Shown here piece by piece: positions 62,511 through 64,000 of a DNA stretch of 64,000 nucleotides. The stretch is from Phycisphaerae bacterium (lineage in GTDB: Bacteria; Planctomycetota; Phycisphaerae; UBA1845): NCBI GenBank assembly GCA_963666835.2, contig CAXXGO010000006.1, forward strand, positions 2,571,743-2,635,742, in the 5' to 3' direction. Under the pieces are notes generated by a model. It was not told the DNA's origin. It searched no databases and was given only the letters and a program-made list of their open reading frames with translations. A program made the translations under genes and the position numbers. Position 1 is the stretch's first letter; every line of letters starts with the position of its first letter.

Positions 62511-63893
62511 ATGACACCTCAATACTCGCTAGACGTTGCGGGGCGGCTCCAGGCGTTTCTGGATGCCTTCGGCCCGGTTGGCGTTGCCGTCCTGACGTTG
62601 ATGGTGGCGGCGTGTGTTATCTACCAGTTGCTGCGCGGGTCGGGGTTGTCGTTGCTGCTGTTGTTGGTTTCGTATTCCTTCGTGTTTGTTGATGTCAACG
62701 CGGTTAACACCGGGGCCTTCTTCGTTCGGACGCTCTCGCTCGGGTTGTTGGTGCTGGGGGCCTGTCGCAGTCTGGTGATACCCGGATGGGCATTCTACGG
62801 CATGGTGGGATATGTTCTGCTCGGGGTGATCTTCTCGGCCCGGGCTCCCGATATCAGTTGGGCTCTGCAGAGTGCCGGACTTTTGGCGGTGACGATTGTG
62901 GCTCTGACTGCGGGACTGGGCCAGTACCTGGCATCTTACGCGAAGGTTGAGACGCTCTTTCGGTTGTTCGTTATAGCCGGCGTCGTTTGGACGTTGGCCA
63001 GCATCCCCGCGCTTCTTGATTTCATCGCCGGCCGGACGTTGCGTTTTGCCGGCGGTACCGGGGTGCTGGCGACAAACTACGCCGGGTCCGGAGTGATGTT
63101 CCTTCCGTTTATGTTGTGGGCTACGGTGCAGAGAGGTCACGTCTTTTGGAGGGTAGTAGGAATCGGCGGGCTGTTGATCATCCCGCTTTGCCTGTTTCTC
63201 AGCGGGACGCGAACGGCGCTGGTGGCGTCGACGCTCGCTTGTGCTCCGTTGGTTCTTCGCGGCGGAGTAAGCCGAACGGCGCGGGCCTGGATCCTCCTGG
63301 CGGTGTTGGCGGTCAGCGCGGTGTTTCTGGCGCGGCATCTCCTTCAGGGGCGAGGCCTGGGTTTTCTGACTGATCGGCTGACGTCGACGAGCCTATCCGG
63401 ACGAGAAGCCCTCTGGTCCAAGGCGTTCGGCGTGTGCAAGGAGAGCCCGCTGGTTGGTCGAGGGATTGGATCGCAGAGCGCCCTGGCGAAGGAGGCCGGG
63501 TTCGGCAATTTCCACAACGCTTACCTTTCCATCTGGTGCAATACGGGGATTCTGGGTCTTATGTTGGTGATGTCGGTTCTGTTCGGGTATCTGTGGCGGG
63601 CGTTCGCACTGATGCGCCGGGTGCGACATCCCGTGGCGATGGACGCGGCGCGCGTATCTTTGGGGTTTTTGGTTGCGTTGTGCGCGTTGGGGATCGTCGA
63701 GTCCAGCTTCGCCAGCCCGAGTAACTCGTCCATTGCCATCCTTCTGATCGGCGCCACTTTGGTGAACCGGGTCGGGAAACTAACCGAGCAGGATGAGGCC
63801 GATCATGCGGCGTGGCTGGCGGTAGTCAGGAGCAGCCAAACCGGTTCTTCTCCGAGTCCGGCGCCCGATCGTTCTGCTCCTCAGCCGGGTTGA
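62511..63893 (+). CDS. O-antigen ligase/polymerase family membrane protein (Wzy_C-like)
   Basis: It has about 10-12 TM segments, LSGTRTALVAS, and a periplasmic loop with GRGIGSQSALAKEAGFGNFHNAYLSIWCNTGILGL, typical of O-antigen ligase family proteins. Confidence 0.8.
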   Translation: MTPQYSLDVAGRLQAFLDAFGPVGVAVLTLMVAACVIYQLLRGSGLSLLLLLVSYSFVFVDVNAVNTGAFFVRTLSLGLLVLGACRSLVIPGWAFYGMVGYVLLGVIFSARAPDISWALQSAGLLAVTIVALTAGLGQYLASYAKVETLFRLFVIAGVVWTLASIPALLDFIAGRTLRFAGGTGVLATNYAGSGVMFLPFMLWATVQRGHVFWRVVGIGGLLIIPLCLFLSGTRTALVASTLACAPLVLRGGVSRTARAWILLAVLAVSAVFLARHLLQGRGLGFLTDRLTSTSLSGREALWSKAFGVCKESPLVGRGIGSQSALAKEAGFGNFHNAYLSIWCNTGILGLMLVMSVLFGYLWRAFALMRRVRHPVAMDAARVSLGFLVALCALGIVESSFASPSNSSIAILLIGATLVNRVGKLTEQDEADHAAWLAVVRSSQTGSSPSPAPDRSAPQPG

Positions 63894-64000
63894 TCGAGGA
63901 TCCGCGGACGTCTGCGCTGGTTTGCTGGGGGCTTTCCGGCGCGTCGCGTGTGTTGTTGCGTTGTCAATGCCGGGCGGGTCGTCATGCCTGGTTCCGCCAT

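Noticed and set aside
3790-63338. Many long antisense or overlapping ORFs in the track, for example 3790..4560(-), 6839..7915(-), 14663..15790(-), 17974..18813(-), 25105..26337(+), 28009..29016(+), 33752..34549(+), 47923..49029(-), 61070..62158(-) and 62529..63338(-)
   Set aside because: They are typical high-GC shadow ORFs opposite well-supported genes. Their translations are Arg/Pro/Gly-rich and low in complexity with no recognisable motifs. ORF 47923..49029 even runs across the tRNA-Ala gene.

Overview
This is a 64-kb high-GC (roughly 60-65% by eye) bacterial chromosomal window. I ran no searches; every call comes from reading the ORF translations and the DNA. The protein repertoire suggests Planctomycetota, possibly Phycisphaerae-like, but this is inference only. 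It includes giant secreted multidomain proteins ending in Cys-bracketed dockerin/EF-hand-like tags, an EpsI-like protein next to a 1522-aa TPR protein, DUF1569, and a rhodanese-DoxX pair.

Ordinary content: pdxJ, dapA, priA, queG, an HDAC-family deacetylase, a LarE-like protein, a DNA alkylation repair protein, tandem CNNM/CorC transporters, a CaCA exchanger, a secreted TldD/PmbA pair, a LuxR-type regulator, tRNA-Ala(UGC), a NYN/YacP-like protein, and polysaccharide-type genes at the right edge (bi-domain oxidoreductase, discoidin/DUF4091-like protein, O-antigen ligase family).

Unusual content:
1. At 50.2-57.2 kb there is a unidirectional minus-strand array of six small genes: four paralogous zinc-ribbon membrane proteins, one anchored hypothetical, and one MORN-variant/YwqK-like protein. 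Essentially every intergenic gap holds a copy of the same inverted-repeat-bounded element (about 130-370 bp, typically about 210 bp). The element carries a 13-bp-stem GC hairpin, a TTGACC-N18-TACAnn promoter-like motif and a terminator-like hairpin. This is my best candidate for an undescribed cassette/expression or mobile-module system.
2. One copy of that element is split by an endonuclease-less group II intron, inserted exactly at the 3' edge of the hairpin and antisense to the array.
3. There are two REP-like hairpin families with GTAG/GTAA heads. One is embedded in a 169-bp tandem unit whose long-range stem shows a compensatory base-pair change in a diverged copy.
4. A 1644-aa secreted protein has a peptidase C10 domain in which the catalytic Cys appears replaced by Gly (GGT, one transversion from TGT).
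5. Other items: a secreted protein with two retropepsin-like DTG lobes in one chain, and a tail-fibre-like operon (small secreted protein, tail-fibre-like protein, metzincin).

No CRISPR array, cas gene, integrase or transposase was seen. Boundaries of starts, repeats and the intron are manual estimates.
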